Origin: Spirochaetota bacterium
GTDB lineage: Bacteria; Spirochaetota; UBA4802; JAFGDQ01
Assembly (NCBI GenBank): GCA_043803405.1
Contig: JAZDKB010000009.1
Location: 192,001 to 256,000 of the forward strand
Length of the DNA stretch: 64,000 nt
Direction: 5' to 3'
A program made the translations under genes and the position numbers. The notes beneath the pieces were generated by a model, which ran no database searches, had not been told where the DNA came from, and worked only from the letters and a program-made list of their open reading frames with translations. Positions 21,717-30,943 of the stretch are shown piece by piece; position 1 is the first letter of the stretch; every line of letters starts with the position of its first letter.

Positions 21717-23135
21717 TTATGCTATATCAATACAGATTATGCATATATCGTCATTGAACAAATCATTGCCGTGAAAAAGTATCAGTTCATTATAAAGTGT
21801 ATTTATAAAATCCTTACTATCCAGGTCTTTCAGTTTTAAAAAATGATCGTCTATTTCATTACCGAATTCTAATTTTGGATCATGGTTGTTTCTCGCTTCA
21901 ACAAGGCCGTCTGTGAACAAAAGCAGTTTGCTGTTTCCCGGCAGAACTGCCTTGCTGTTTGTATAGTCCAGACCTGACTGGGTAAGATCCTGACTATTCA
22001 TAACACTTAGAGGAATACTTTTTGCCGTATTCAATTTCACTATTTTATCTTTTAAAATTATCGACGGGGGAAGGTGACCGGCGTTTGAATAAATGAGAGA
22101 ATGGCTGATATTATCATAAATTCCGTAAAATGCAGTTACATAATTGTCATTAGTCTGGATCTTAAGTACCTGGTTCAGGTGATGGAGCAGTATTGCGGGA
22201 TTTGAGGAAATTTTTCTTGATTCAAGTATGCTGCTCTTAATCATGGATGTTATCAGCGCTGCCGGAACACCGTGCCCGGATACATCGCTTAAAAAAATTC
22301 CGACTTTGTTTTTATCCTTGAATTCAATAAAATCCAGTAAATCTCCCCCGACAGCTTCCATCGGTTTATAGAATGAATGTATATAGTGATTGGGACTTTT
22401 CCTTGGAATAAAATTCTGCTGAATAACGCGTGCCATTTCAAGTTCCTTATTCATAATGTTTATACGGTCTTTCAACTGGTTGCGTTCATTCTGCAATTCT
22501 TCTCGTTTATCTGCCAGTTCCCTTCTCTGGATAAAATTTTTACGTGTATAATGCTCAATAAGATAGCAGGCAAACATTCCAATTATGTTTGATGATATAA
22601 AGAAGAAATTATTGTTAATAAAAATGCTGACTAATCTGCTGTTTTCAAGCATACCTTGAAAAAATACCGCGGTTATTTCATACGCGAAAACAATAATCCA
22701 GCCCGAGGCAGCTGCGTAAGTGAACCTTAATTTTACAAATGTATAGCTCCACATAAGAACAAGCATCAGTCCGGCATAATAGAAAAGTCCGCTCTCCTTT
22801 TCCACGGCAATACCTATCATTGCAACTATGCCGAATCCCGCGATAAGAGACAATGCAGAGAGTATAATTTGCATATATTTTTTGAATATATTTAAATAGG
22901 AAACTCCAAAAACTACAAACAGGGAGGGAACAACAATTGCAAAACGTATAAACCATATCTTTGATTTTGTAAGAGGAGCGATAAGGCTGTCGAGTACTCC
23001 AAATGCAGAATAAAGAATTATTCCAAGAATCAGCGCAATTCTTACGGTAAAGATCGATTTTTCGAAATAATCTTCAATAAAAAGAGCTTCAATTGCAGGG
23101 TCAGGGAACTTTAATTTTGACAGGAATAATTTCAA
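21717..23135 (-). CDS. Second 6TM sensor-PP2C/SpoIIE phosphatase
   Basis: LDSLIAP..IWFIRF, YYAGLMLV, NNFFF; VGGDLLD, DVSGHG, NAGH, FTDG, DDIC; TTG start with GAGGGG. Confidence 0.9.
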   Translation of the reverse strand: MKLFLSKLKFPDPAIEALFIEDYFEKSIFTVRIALILGIILYSAFGVLDSLIAPLTKSKIWFIRFAIVVPSLFVVFGVSYLNIFKKYMQIILSALSLIAGFGIVAMIGIAVEKESGLFYYAGLMLVLMWSYTFVKLRFTYAAASGWIIVFAYEITAVFFQGMLENSRLVSIFINNNFFFISSNIIGMFACYLIEHYTRKNFIQRRELADKREELQNERNQLKDRINIMNKELEMARVIQQNFIPRKSPNHYIHSFYKPMEAVGGDLLDFIEFKDKNKVGIFLSDVSGHGVPAALITSMIKSSILESRKISSNPAILLHHLNQVLKIQTNDNYVTAFYGIYDNISHSLIYSNAGHLPPSIILKDKIVKLNTAKSIPLSVMNSQDLTQSGLDYTNSKAVLPGNSKLLLFTDGLVEARNNHDPKLEFGNEIDDHFLKLKDLDSKDFINTLYNELILFHGNDLFNDDICIICIDIA

Positions 23136-23302
23136 AGTGAATATCCCCTCAAAAATTTAACCTATCCACATCTCCTTGTATGTCCTTATGGCTTTTAATT
23201 ATAATTCAATATTGTAATAATGTCAAGATATGTAATTAATATAATTCTTATATGCCGATAATCAAGAAAAGATAATGCAGATCATATATAGAAAGGCCAG
23301 TA

Positions 23303-24379
23303 ATGAAAGATATTAAAGCAGCTCTTATCGGTTGCGGGAGAATTGGCTTCCTTCTCGAGAACGATCCTTTGCGCAACAAGCCCTGCACTCACTTCGGAGG
23401 CGCAAAGGCAGCCGGAATAAAAATAAAGTATGCCTGCGATATAAACGAAGAAAGACTATTCAGTTTTGCTGAGAAAGCACAGCTTCAAAAAACAAATCTA
23501 TACACATACTACCGCGAATTACTCCTTAAAGAGCGGCCGCAACTGGTTATCATTGCAACATGGACGAACTCCCATACAGAGATCGGCATACTTGCTGCGA
23601 AGAACGGCGCAAGAACGATCATTTGCGAAAAACCGGTCGCTGCCAATCTAAAGGATGCCGAAGCGCTCCTCGCCGAATGCAAAAAACGCAAAGTTAATCT
23701 CATCATTAATCACGAAAGGCGATACGATGCAAGGTACCACGCAGTAAAAAAATTGCTGACAGAAAACAGGATAGGCGAAGTAAAAACAGTTTACGCGTCC
23801 GTTCTTTCGGCCGGAGCCGGCAGCGCGGATATCACCCTGGGCGGAGGGCCGCTGCTTCACGACGGCACACACATGATAGACATTATCAGATATTTCTTCG
23901 GTGACATCCTCTGGGTAAGAGGCGAAATGCAGAAAAAAAAGCCGTCCGGATTTGAAAACAGGGCTGCGGCATGGCTAAGAAGCAAAACAGGCGTGGACAT
24001 CTTTCTCGAAGCAGGCGGGTCAAGAAAATACTTTGTATTTGAGCTTCAGATATCGGGCACAGAAGGCAAAATAGTAATCGGCAATGGATACGAGAACCTT
24101 TATCTTAACAATAAATCAAAATATTATACAGGCTTCAGAGATCTTACGGAAAAACCATTCCCGCATATAAAAGGAATGAATTATTTCAAACAGGAATATC
24201 TCGAAGCAAATAATTTATTATCGGATAAAAAAATAAATATTTCCTCAAGCGGTTATGACGGGTATAAAGCGCTGGAGACAATCCATGCCATTTATCTCTC
24301 ATCTCATTTAAAAAGCAATAAAATAGATCTGCCGATAAAACCAGGGCAAATAGATCTAAAAGAGATATTTAAGATGTAA
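23303..24379 (+). CDS. Gfo/Idh/MocA family oxidoreductase
   Basis: LIGCGRIG, CEKP, NHERRY, GGGPLLHDGTHMID. Confidence 0.9.
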   Translation: MKDIKAALIGCGRIGFLLENDPLRNKPCTHFGGAKAAGIKIKYACDINEERLFSFAEKAQLQKTNLYTYYRELLLKERPQLVIIATWTNSHTEIGILAAKNGARTIICEKPVAANLKDAEALLAECKKRKVNLIINHERRYDARYHAVKKLLTENRIGEVKTVYASVLSAGAGSADITLGGGPLLHDGTHMIDIIRYFFGDILWVRGEMQKKKPSGFENRAAAWLRSKTGVDIFLEAGGSRKYFVFELQISGTEGKIVIGNGYENLYLNNKSKYYTGFRDLTEKPFPHIKGMNYFKQEYLEANNLLSDKKINISSSGYDGYKALETIHAIYLSSHLKSNKIDLPIKPGQIDLKEIFKM

Positions 24380-24517
24380 TTCACTGCAAATCATTAACTT
24401 AATTTCACCGAATTAATAAAAATCCACAAAAATTCTGTTGACTTTTAAAATTCTATTTTCAATTTTTATCCAGGTCTAATTCAATTTTTACATTAAAAAA
24501 ATATCTACTAAACAAAT

Positions 24518-26458
24518 ATGAAAAATACAACCGGAGAAAAATATCCGCATGTGTTTCAGCCCGGCCGCATCGGGAAGCTTGAAACAAAAAACAGGGTAAA
24601 ATACGCGGCTACTGAAACGAACTTCCCTTTCGGCGACGGATACGTAAACGACAAAGAAGTCGCATACATGGAAGCACAGGCCAGGGGAGGAGCAGGGATT
24701 ATCACGACCCAGGGCGCTTACCCTGATAAAGCAGGCGAAGGTAAAGGCTTCAAGGGTATGATGGCTATTTACGACGACCGCTTTATTCCAGGACTTGCGC
24801 GCATCGCTGCTGTAATTCGCAAACATAATGTTCTCTCCTGTATACAGATTCTCCATTGCGGCAGGGAGGGAGGCGTTGAACTTGATTACTGCCTCATGCC
24901 TTCGCTTGTTCCTCAAAAGCTGTCTTACTTTAAGCCTCCGCGCGAAATCACGAAAGATGAAATAAAGCAGGCTCTCAGGGATCATGTTGACGCAGCCAGG
25001 CGGGCTAAAGACGCAGGTTTTGATATGATCGAACTTAACGGAATAGTAGGCTACCTTATATCGTCTTTCATTTCCAGGTATACCAACAAACGTTCAGACG
25101 AATACGGCGGCGACCTACGCAACAGATGCAAACTGATGACTGAGATTATACATGGAGTAAAGGACTGTGTGGGAGATATGCCTGTAGGCATAAGGCTGAA
25201 CGGCCATGAACTGCTGGACGACCGCGGCGGCAACACAATGGCCGAGAGCATAGAGACATGCAAAATTGCAGAAGAAGCAGGCGCGGACTATGTCAGCGTC
25301 ACTATCGGATGGCACGAGTCGTCGCAATCGGTCATAACAAGGGACGTTCCCATGGGGCACTGGCTGCCTGTTGCGGAAGCGGTGAAAAAAGCCGTAAATA
25401 TCCCGGTTATGATGGCATTCAGGCAGTTCCTTCCGCATATTCCGGAAAAAGCAATATCAAACAATCAAATAGATTTCTGGGAACTCTGCAGGCCGATGAT
25501 TGCTGATCCCGAACTCCCTCTTAAAGCACTGGAAAACCGCGAGGACGAAATTATACCTTGCGTTGCCTGCAATGTTTGTTTCTCAAGACTTTATTATCAT
25601 CAGCCCATCATGTGCACTGTAAGGCCCAGCCTTGGACATGAAGGAGAAGAAAAATGGGGCTATTATGGATTTCATAATATCAAAAATAAAAAAAATATTG
25701 TTATTGTCGGCGGTGGCCCGGCCGGTCTTCAATGCGCAGCAATAGCTGCTGCTAAAGGCTACAACGTGAGGCTCTTTGAAAAGCAAAAACAGTTGGGCGG
25801 CAATATTCTGCTGGCATCCAAAGTAGATAAGGGAGCAATTGAACTCTTGAGGCCAATTAATACTCTGGAAACGCTTTGCAGAAAGACAGGTGTTGATATA
25901 ACCCTCGGCCTCGCTTTTACTCCTGAAATGCTTAAACAGGAAAAAGCCGACGCATTTGTTATAGCATCCGGAGCAGTTGAAAAAACGCATACAGAAGATA
26001 TTCTTACTCCTTACAATATCCTTGCGGAAGGGAAAAAGCCGGGCAAACGTATTGTTATTTTAGGCGGAGGCGGCGCAGGCCTCGGCGTTGCGGTTTACCT
26101 TCTTCAGAATAATGATTTCGAGATCACCATTATCGAAGAAGGAACAAAACTTGGCAGGGACGTTAATCCGTTTTACCTGTGGCAGTATGTGGCTTTACTG
26201 AAAAGGAAAAATGCTTCGTTCCATACCCGCTCCAAAGCAACTGAAATAAACGGTAATACAGTTCGCATCAAAGGCCCGAAAGGAGAAACGGTTTTCAATC
26301 CGGATAGTATAATAATGACACAGTTTGAACCAGATGCCGCATGGCGGAAAACGGCTTTCGGCATTTCAAAGGAAATATATTTTATAGGCGACGCAAAAAA
26401 ACCGAGGCGTCTTCTGAATGCTATACACGATGGTTATCGTATGGGGATGGCGCTATGA
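24518..26458 (+). CDS. NADH:flavin oxidoreductase (OYE domain + 4Fe-4S + FAD; 2,4-dienoyl-CoA reductase-like)
   Basis: KNRV, QILHCGR, GYLISSF, NKRSDEYGG, CVACNVC...C, VGGGPAG, GGGGAG. Confidence 0.9.
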   Translation: MKNTTGEKYPHVFQPGRIGKLETKNRVKYAATETNFPFGDGYVNDKEVAYMEAQARGGAGIITTQGAYPDKAGEGKGFKGMMAIYDDRFIPGLARIAAVIRKHNVLSCIQILHCGREGGVELDYCLMPSLVPQKLSYFKPPREITKDEIKQALRDHVDAARRAKDAGFDMIELNGIVGYLISSFISRYTNKRSDEYGGDLRNRCKLMTEIIHGVKDCVGDMPVGIRLNGHELLDDRGGNTMAESIETCKIAEEAGADYVSVTIGWHESSQSVITRDVPMGHWLPVAEAVKKAVNIPVMMAFRQFLPHIPEKAISNNQIDFWELCRPMIADPELPLKALENREDEIIPCVACNVCFSRLYYHQPIMCTVRPSLGHEGEEKWGYYGFHNIKNKKNIVIVGGGPAGLQCAAIAAAKGYNVRLFEKQKQLGGNILLASKVDKGAIELLRPINTLETLCRKTGVDITLGLAFTPEMLKQEKADAFVIASGAVEKTHTEDILTPYNILAEGKKPGKRIVILGGGGAGLGVAVYLLQNNDFEITIIEEGTKLGRDVNPFYLWQYVALLKRKNASFHTRSKATEINGNTVRIKGPKGETVFNPDSIIMTQFEPDAAWRKTAFGISKEIYFIGDAKKPRRLLNAIHDGYRMGMAL

Positions 26459-26670
26459 TACCGATTATTGATAAAGATACTTGTTCAGGCTGCACCAACT
26501 GTGTTGAGATATGTCCTCCGCAGGCAATATCCATGATTAACGGAACAGCTTTTATTGAAGTTGAATTATGCGAGGAATGCGGCTTTTGCGCAGCCGAATG
26601 CCCGGTTGATGCTATCTCGATACATTTCCCGTTATCAGGGAATGATATAATTCCATCCGGAAAAAAATAA
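26455..26670 (+). CDS. 2[4Fe-4S] ferredoxin
   Basis: CSGCTNCVEICP and CEECGFCAAECP; ATGA overlap with the upstream oxidoreductase. Confidence 0.9.
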   Translation: MIPIIDKDTCSGCTNCVEICPPQAISMINGTAFIEVELCEECGFCAAECPVDAISIHFPLSGNDIIPSGKK

Positions 26671-26741
26671 TTTAGAGTACGTCCCAAATAAGGCCGGTAA
26701 TACATTCAGTCTGCAAATTCAGAAAAATCTTTAAGTCGATC

Positions 26742-27497
26742 CTACTTCCTTTTGAAAAAGCCCTCTATACGCTGCCGGAATTCTTCTTTGCCGGATAATT
26801 CAACAATAAATTCACGTTCCTTATCCAGATGAGCTTCCAGTCCCGAATACAGGGACTGATTTACCAGTTCCTTAAAATATTTAATTGTTTCCATCGGCAG
26901 GGCTTTGACTTCGTCAATCAATTTTTGAAGGCTTGCTTCCAGCTCTTCAGCTTCCACCATAAAATTGACCAGCCCAAGTTCCTGCGCCTTTTCCATAGTA
27001 ATATTACGTGAAAGAAGATACAGCTCATTAAATTTTAATGCTCCGACTATCCGCGAAATCAGAATGCTTCCGCCGCCGTCGGGCGTAAGGCCGATCCTCC
27101 TGTAACCCAGATTCATAATAGTTTTCTTTTCAGCAATAGTCAGATCACAGGCAGCAGCCAGGCCCGCGCCCGCTCCTATTGCAACGCCTTCCAGAACCGC
27201 AATAAATACAGCGCTGCTGTTCCTTATCATCTTAATGCTGTCATTAAGGAGAGTCGCCTCTGTAATAACCGTAGCTTTCTTATCGCCGGCATCTTTAAAA
27301 TCAGCAAGGTCTCCGCCCGAGCAAAAGTTTTTTCCCGCTCCTCTTAAAACAACAATTGAAGGCTTCTTTGCTTCAACTTTCTTCAAAGTATCAAAGAGAG
27401 CCTGAAACAATGCAAAATTCATCGCATTTTTTTTATCAGGTCTGTTTAACGTAATTGTGCATACGTCCTCTTTGTATGTTTCAAATACTTCGTTCAC
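26742..27497 (-). CDS. Enoyl-CoA hydratase/isomerase family (PaaG-like)
   Basis: TLNRPDKKNA, FCSGGDL, GAGAGLAAACD, IGLTPDGG; GTG start with GGAGG. Confidence 0.9.
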   Translation of the reverse strand: MNEVFETYKEDVCTITLNRPDKKNAMNFALFQALFDTLKKVEAKKPSIVVLRGAGKNFCSGGDLADFKDAGDKKATVITEATLLNDSIKMIRNSSAVFIAVLEGVAIGAGAGLAAACDLTIAEKKTIMNLGYRRIGLTPDGGGSILISRIVGALKFNELYLLSRNITMEKAQELGLVNFMVEAEELEASLQKLIDEVKALPMETIKYFKELVNQSLYSGLEAHLDKEREFIVELSGKEEFRQRIEGFFKRK

Positions 27498-27558
27498 GTG
27501 TTGCCTCCTGTAACAGCAGCAGATCCGACTAATTGTTTATCATATAAATACTTATCAG

Positions 27559-28098
27559 TTAGCTGCCTGAATTGTTTGATTTTTCATTCATTTTTTGTTT
27601 TAACTTTTTTACAAGAACGCTGAAGTCTTTCGGGAATATTTCCGAAATCCTTATGTCGCTTGGAAGAGATTCAAAATATTCTATAGCGATCCTTTGAACA
27701 TTCAGGTTAGTGCTGTTTATAGCTGATTTAATCGGCCCGCCAATAAACGCGTTCGGGAGTAATTTAATGGCTTCAGCGGCCGCTATTGGCTCTTTTGGAG
27801 AAGCATAGTTATACGATTCGGTTTTATCGTGAACACCTGTAAAATTGGATTCTATAATACCCATAATAGCGCGGGCTGCAGCTATATGAAGTTTCTTCAG
27901 CGATTCGGTTGTCTCTTTATATATCTTTAATTGTTTGCTTTCACTGTCCCTCGGCATCCTGGGCAGATCATTCAGCTTTTTAAGCGAATTTAATTTTATT
28001 TGAATGTCTTCTTTCTGCACTGAACGGGCAATATCTTCAGCCATGGATATTATCCCTTTAAAATAGTCGACATCGTATAAATTTTTAGTATTGGACAT
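27559..28098 (-). CDS. Hypothetical protein
   Basis: Long ORF with AGGAGA RBS before ATG28098, co-directional with mtnP. Confidence 0.6.
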   Translation of the reverse strand: MSNTKNLYDVDYFKGIISMAEDIARSVQKEDIQIKLNSLKKLNDLPRMPRDSESKQLKIYKETTESLKKLHIAAARAIMGIIESNFTGVHDKTESYNYASPKEPIAAAEAIKLLPNAFIGGPIKSAINSTNLNVQRIAIEYFESLPSDIRISEIFPKDFSVLVKKLKQKMNEKSNNSGS

Positions 28099-28132
28099 AT
28101 TCATTCTCCTTTTAAAAAATATATTCAATCAA

Positions 28133-28609
28133 TTAAAAATTTTTATTGGCATAGATAATAAGCATATCTCTATTTAAGCTTTTTAGCTTATTTTTACTAT
28201 TTTCCTCCATTGTAATCCATGCTTCGCGGGCTGCGATAACGGAGCTGATGCCGAATGTTCCTATTAAAAGCGCAGGCTTATAATCCTGCCAAACGCTTAC
28301 GCCAGTATTCTGCTTTCTTACCAGCCCGTATGTATAAAGACCGGCAAAAGTGATAATAAAAACAAACGGCGCCGAAATAAAAAACGCGATTTCAAACCTG
28401 CGAAACGGGCTTTCCTGTTCCCCGATTTGTACCGGTTCGTCCGGCTTATCCGTAGATTTGTTTTTAATAGCCAAGTAACCTGACATTTCATATTGCAGAT
28501 AATCCTGCGACGAACTTCTCCAGTATGGGATCTCCCCGTATCCGTTTAGTGTCATTTGCATTATTAAGAAAAAAATTATTGATATATATTTTAAAATTTT
28601 CAAATGCAC
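28133..28609 (-). CDS. Hypothetical membrane protein
   Basis: Signal-like N-terminus and two TM segments (RRFEIAFFISAPF...); AGGA RBS. Confidence 0.6.
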   Translation of the reverse strand: MHLKILKYISIIFFLIMQMTLNGYGEIPYWRSSSQDYLQYEMSGYLAIKNKSTDKPDEPVQIGEQESPFRRFEIAFFISAPFVFIITFAGLYTYGLVRKQNTGVSVWQDYKPALLIGTFGISSVIAAREAWITMEENSKNKLKSLNRDMLIIYANKNF

Positions 28610-28630
28610 GAGGATTCCTTATAGTTAAAA

Positions 28631-29491
28631 TTAAAAATATGCCGGAAATATTTTTTTTAGCTTTTTCTTTTGTGAAATATTCTGCTTCCCCTGAGCAGTT
28701 ATGATCGAATTTTTAACCGCGTCTTTGCATTCGCATGTCCTGTTCCCGCCCATCTTAGGCAGTAAAGCCATCATCAGTTTTTTCGCATTGTCGGCGTTTT
28801 TATGAAGATTTTCTATTAACATCTCAACAGTAACATGGGCTTCATCCACTTTCCAGCAGTCGTAATCCGTGCTCATGCAGATAACGGCATAGCATATTTC
28901 AGCTTCACGGGCGAGCTTGGCTTCAGGCAACGTGCTCATGTTTATAACGCCGGCTCCCCACGATCTGTACAAATTACTCTCAGCTCTTGTTGAAAACGCA
29001 GGTCCCTCCATACAGATAACGGTTTCGTTCGTATGGAGCCGGATGCCAGTTGATTCGGCAACCGGTTTAATTATTTCATGAAGCCTGGAACAAAACGGAT
29101 CGGCAAACGCAATGTGTCCTGCTATACCGTCGCCGAAAAAAGTACTCGGCCTGGTTTTGGTCCTGTCTATTACCTGGTCAGGAAGCACAAAGTCCAGCGG
29201 CTTTATTTTCTCTTTCAGGCTGCCGACAGCGGAAAACGCAATAATCTCTTCAACACCGATCATTTTAAGAGCCGCAATATTTGCCAGCGAATTGACTTCA
29301 TGGGGAAGGATAAAATGCCCTCTGCCGTGCCTGGGAAGAAAAGCCGTGTCAACGCCTTCCACTTTTGCTATTACTATTGAGTCGGACGGTTTTCCCCAGG
29401 GAGTATCCATATTTAATTCATCAAGAATTTCAACTCCGTCAATTTCGTAAATACCCGAACCGCCTATTACGCCAACCTTTACATTTTCCAT
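28631..29491 (-). CDS. mtnP: S-methyl-5'-thioadenosine phosphorylase
   Basis: GVIGGSG, TPWGKPS, LPRHG, MEGPAFSTRAES, NMSTLPEAKLAREAE, TDYDCW. Confidence 0.95.
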   Translation of the reverse strand: MENVKVGVIGGSGIYEIDGVEILDELNMDTPWGKPSDSIVIAKVEGVDTAFLPRHGRGHFILPHEVNSLANIAALKMIGVEEIIAFSAVGSLKEKIKPLDFVLPDQVIDRTKTRPSTFFGDGIAGHIAFADPFCSRLHEIIKPVAESTGIRLHTNETVICMEGPAFSTRAESNLYRSWGAGVINMSTLPEAKLAREAEICYAVICMSTDYDCWKVDEAHVTVEMLIENLHKNADNAKKLMMALLPKMGGNRTCECKDAVKNSIITAQGKQNISQKKKLKKIFPAYF

Positions 29492-29733
29492 TTCATTTTT
29501 TCCTGCATAAATATTTTTCTGATGATTTAGAATAAAAATATTTTCATGTCAAGTTAAAATCGCACTTAACCAGTTTCCTATTATCTGCGATAGGAGTTAG
29601 TAAGCGTCAATAAATGAAATAATTTTTGAATGCACAATCATCGCCGGTAATTATAAAAAACCGGCATTACGATAAAATTTCCACAAGGAACCGGAAATTT
29701 TTTGGTAAAAAGCTGATTATAAAAATAGACCTC

Positions 29734-29796
29734 ATGTAGCGTTCATTACATTCTATGTAGCATTCATTACATCGTACGTAGCGTTCATGACAAACC
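29734..29796. repeat. Three tandem 21-bp repeats, each with an internal hairpin, upstream of cas6
   Basis: ATGTAGCGTTCATTACATTCT / ATGTAGCATTCATTACATCGT / ACGTAGCGTTCATGACAAACC. Confidence 0.9.
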
Positions 29797-29855
29797 GCTT
29801 TACATTAAAAAAAATTATGATAATATCCACAGAATAATGTTTAACATTAGCGCTC

Positions 29856-30692
29856 ATGAAGGATAACACAATGAGGTTTACTATTGAAATTATACTTAAA
29901 GGCAAACCACCGTTTATATTGCCTTCCAATTACAGAAGAAATATAGTCGGTTTTATAAGACAGGCTGTTAAATCAAGTACTATAGCTCATAATACATACA
30001 ATGAATATTGGGGAGATAATAATAATACCAATACCCAAAAACTAAAACCGTATACCTTTTTTCTTTCTGTTACGGGCTTCCATTATATTGACCTTGATGA
30101 TAAAAAATATTTACAATTAAACGACGGATTAATTAAACTGCACATATCTTCCAGCGATTCAAATTTCTTATCGATCCTGTACGATGGGCTCATAAACTTT
30201 CAAAGGTCATATAAATTATTTAATTATTCCATCGAGTTCAAAGAAATCTTTTTAAAAAAATTCAGGGCAATTAATGCCAACTTTGTTAATTTTAAAATTC
30301 TATCTCCGATTATAGTAAGAAATATAGCAATAGACGGGGAAAAAAGAAAAAGCATGGGATATCTGGCCTGCAGTGAAAATACTTTTAAGGATTCTCTTAC
30401 GCACTCAATCCTGACCTTATGCAAAAAATTAAATTATAACCGAGAAATCAAACTCGACGATATAGAAATAGATACTACGGAATGCATTACTACAAAAATT
30501 TATCATTACCAGGAAACCATCCCCGGAATAGTCGGCAATATAGGGATCAAGGCAAGCGAAGATGTTCTTGGATTTATTTACGATACAGGCCTTGGAGCAA
30601 GACGAAGCCAGGGATTCGGTATGGTTGACTTAGTGAATGAATTTGATTATCACAACATGGTTCCGGATAAAAAACCGGCTTTAAAATATTAA
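29856..30692 (+). CDS. cas6: CRISPR-associated endoribonuclease Cas6 (orphan; start may be ATG29871)
   Basis: LPSNY, KPYTF, LSPIIVR, C-terminal G-rich loop YDTGLGARRSQGFGMV. Confidence 0.9.
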   Translation: MKDNTMRFTIEIILKGKPPFILPSNYRRNIVGFIRQAVKSSTIAHNTYNEYWGDNNNTNTQKLKPYTFFLSVTGFHYIDLDDKKYLQLNDGLIKLHISSSDSNFLSILYDGLINFQRSYKLFNYSIEFKEIFLKKFRAINANFVNFKILSPIIVRNIAIDGEKRKSMGYLACSENTFKDSLTHSILTLCKKLNYNREIKLDDIEIDTTECITTKIYHYQETIPGIVGNIGIKASEDVLGFIYDTGLGARRSQGFGMVDLVNEFDYHNMVPDKKPALKY

Positions 30693-30943
30693 AATAAATA
30701 CTCTATATCTTCACAAGGTTTCCTTCCGGACTTAACATAACCGCAATCAATATTCAAGATATTCAGCTTCTGTTTTTCGAAACGCAATTTAAATAATCCT
30801 GCTGTTTTTATCGCCCTGCGGCAAGCCGATTTTAATTTGACAAAATCATATCCCTCTGTTTTCTGTAATTAATGTTAAACAGGTTATTTAAAGTCATCTC
30901 AAAAAAATAATGCTTATTATTTTCATGCAATACCGGAGGCAAT

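Noticed and set aside
26341..26454. N-terminal extension of the ferredoxin ORF
   Set aside because: It overlaps the oxidoreductase; the real start is ATG26455 (ATGA coupling).
24518..29491. Linking the enoyl-CoA enzymes and mtnP to the PhcB-like system (precursor supply or SAM recycling)
   Set aside because: They are separate transcription units; methyltransferases yield SAH, not MTA; proximity is the only evidence.
29734..29859. CRISPR array next to cas6
   Set aside because: Units are 21 bp and abut each other with no ~30-bp unique spacers; reported as tandem repeats instead.
30693..30943. Purine riboswitch upstream of the NCS2 permease
   Set aside because: No TATAAT...ATATGG...GTTTCTACC...CCGTAAA...GACTA arrangement; only a loose GGTTTCC resemblance.
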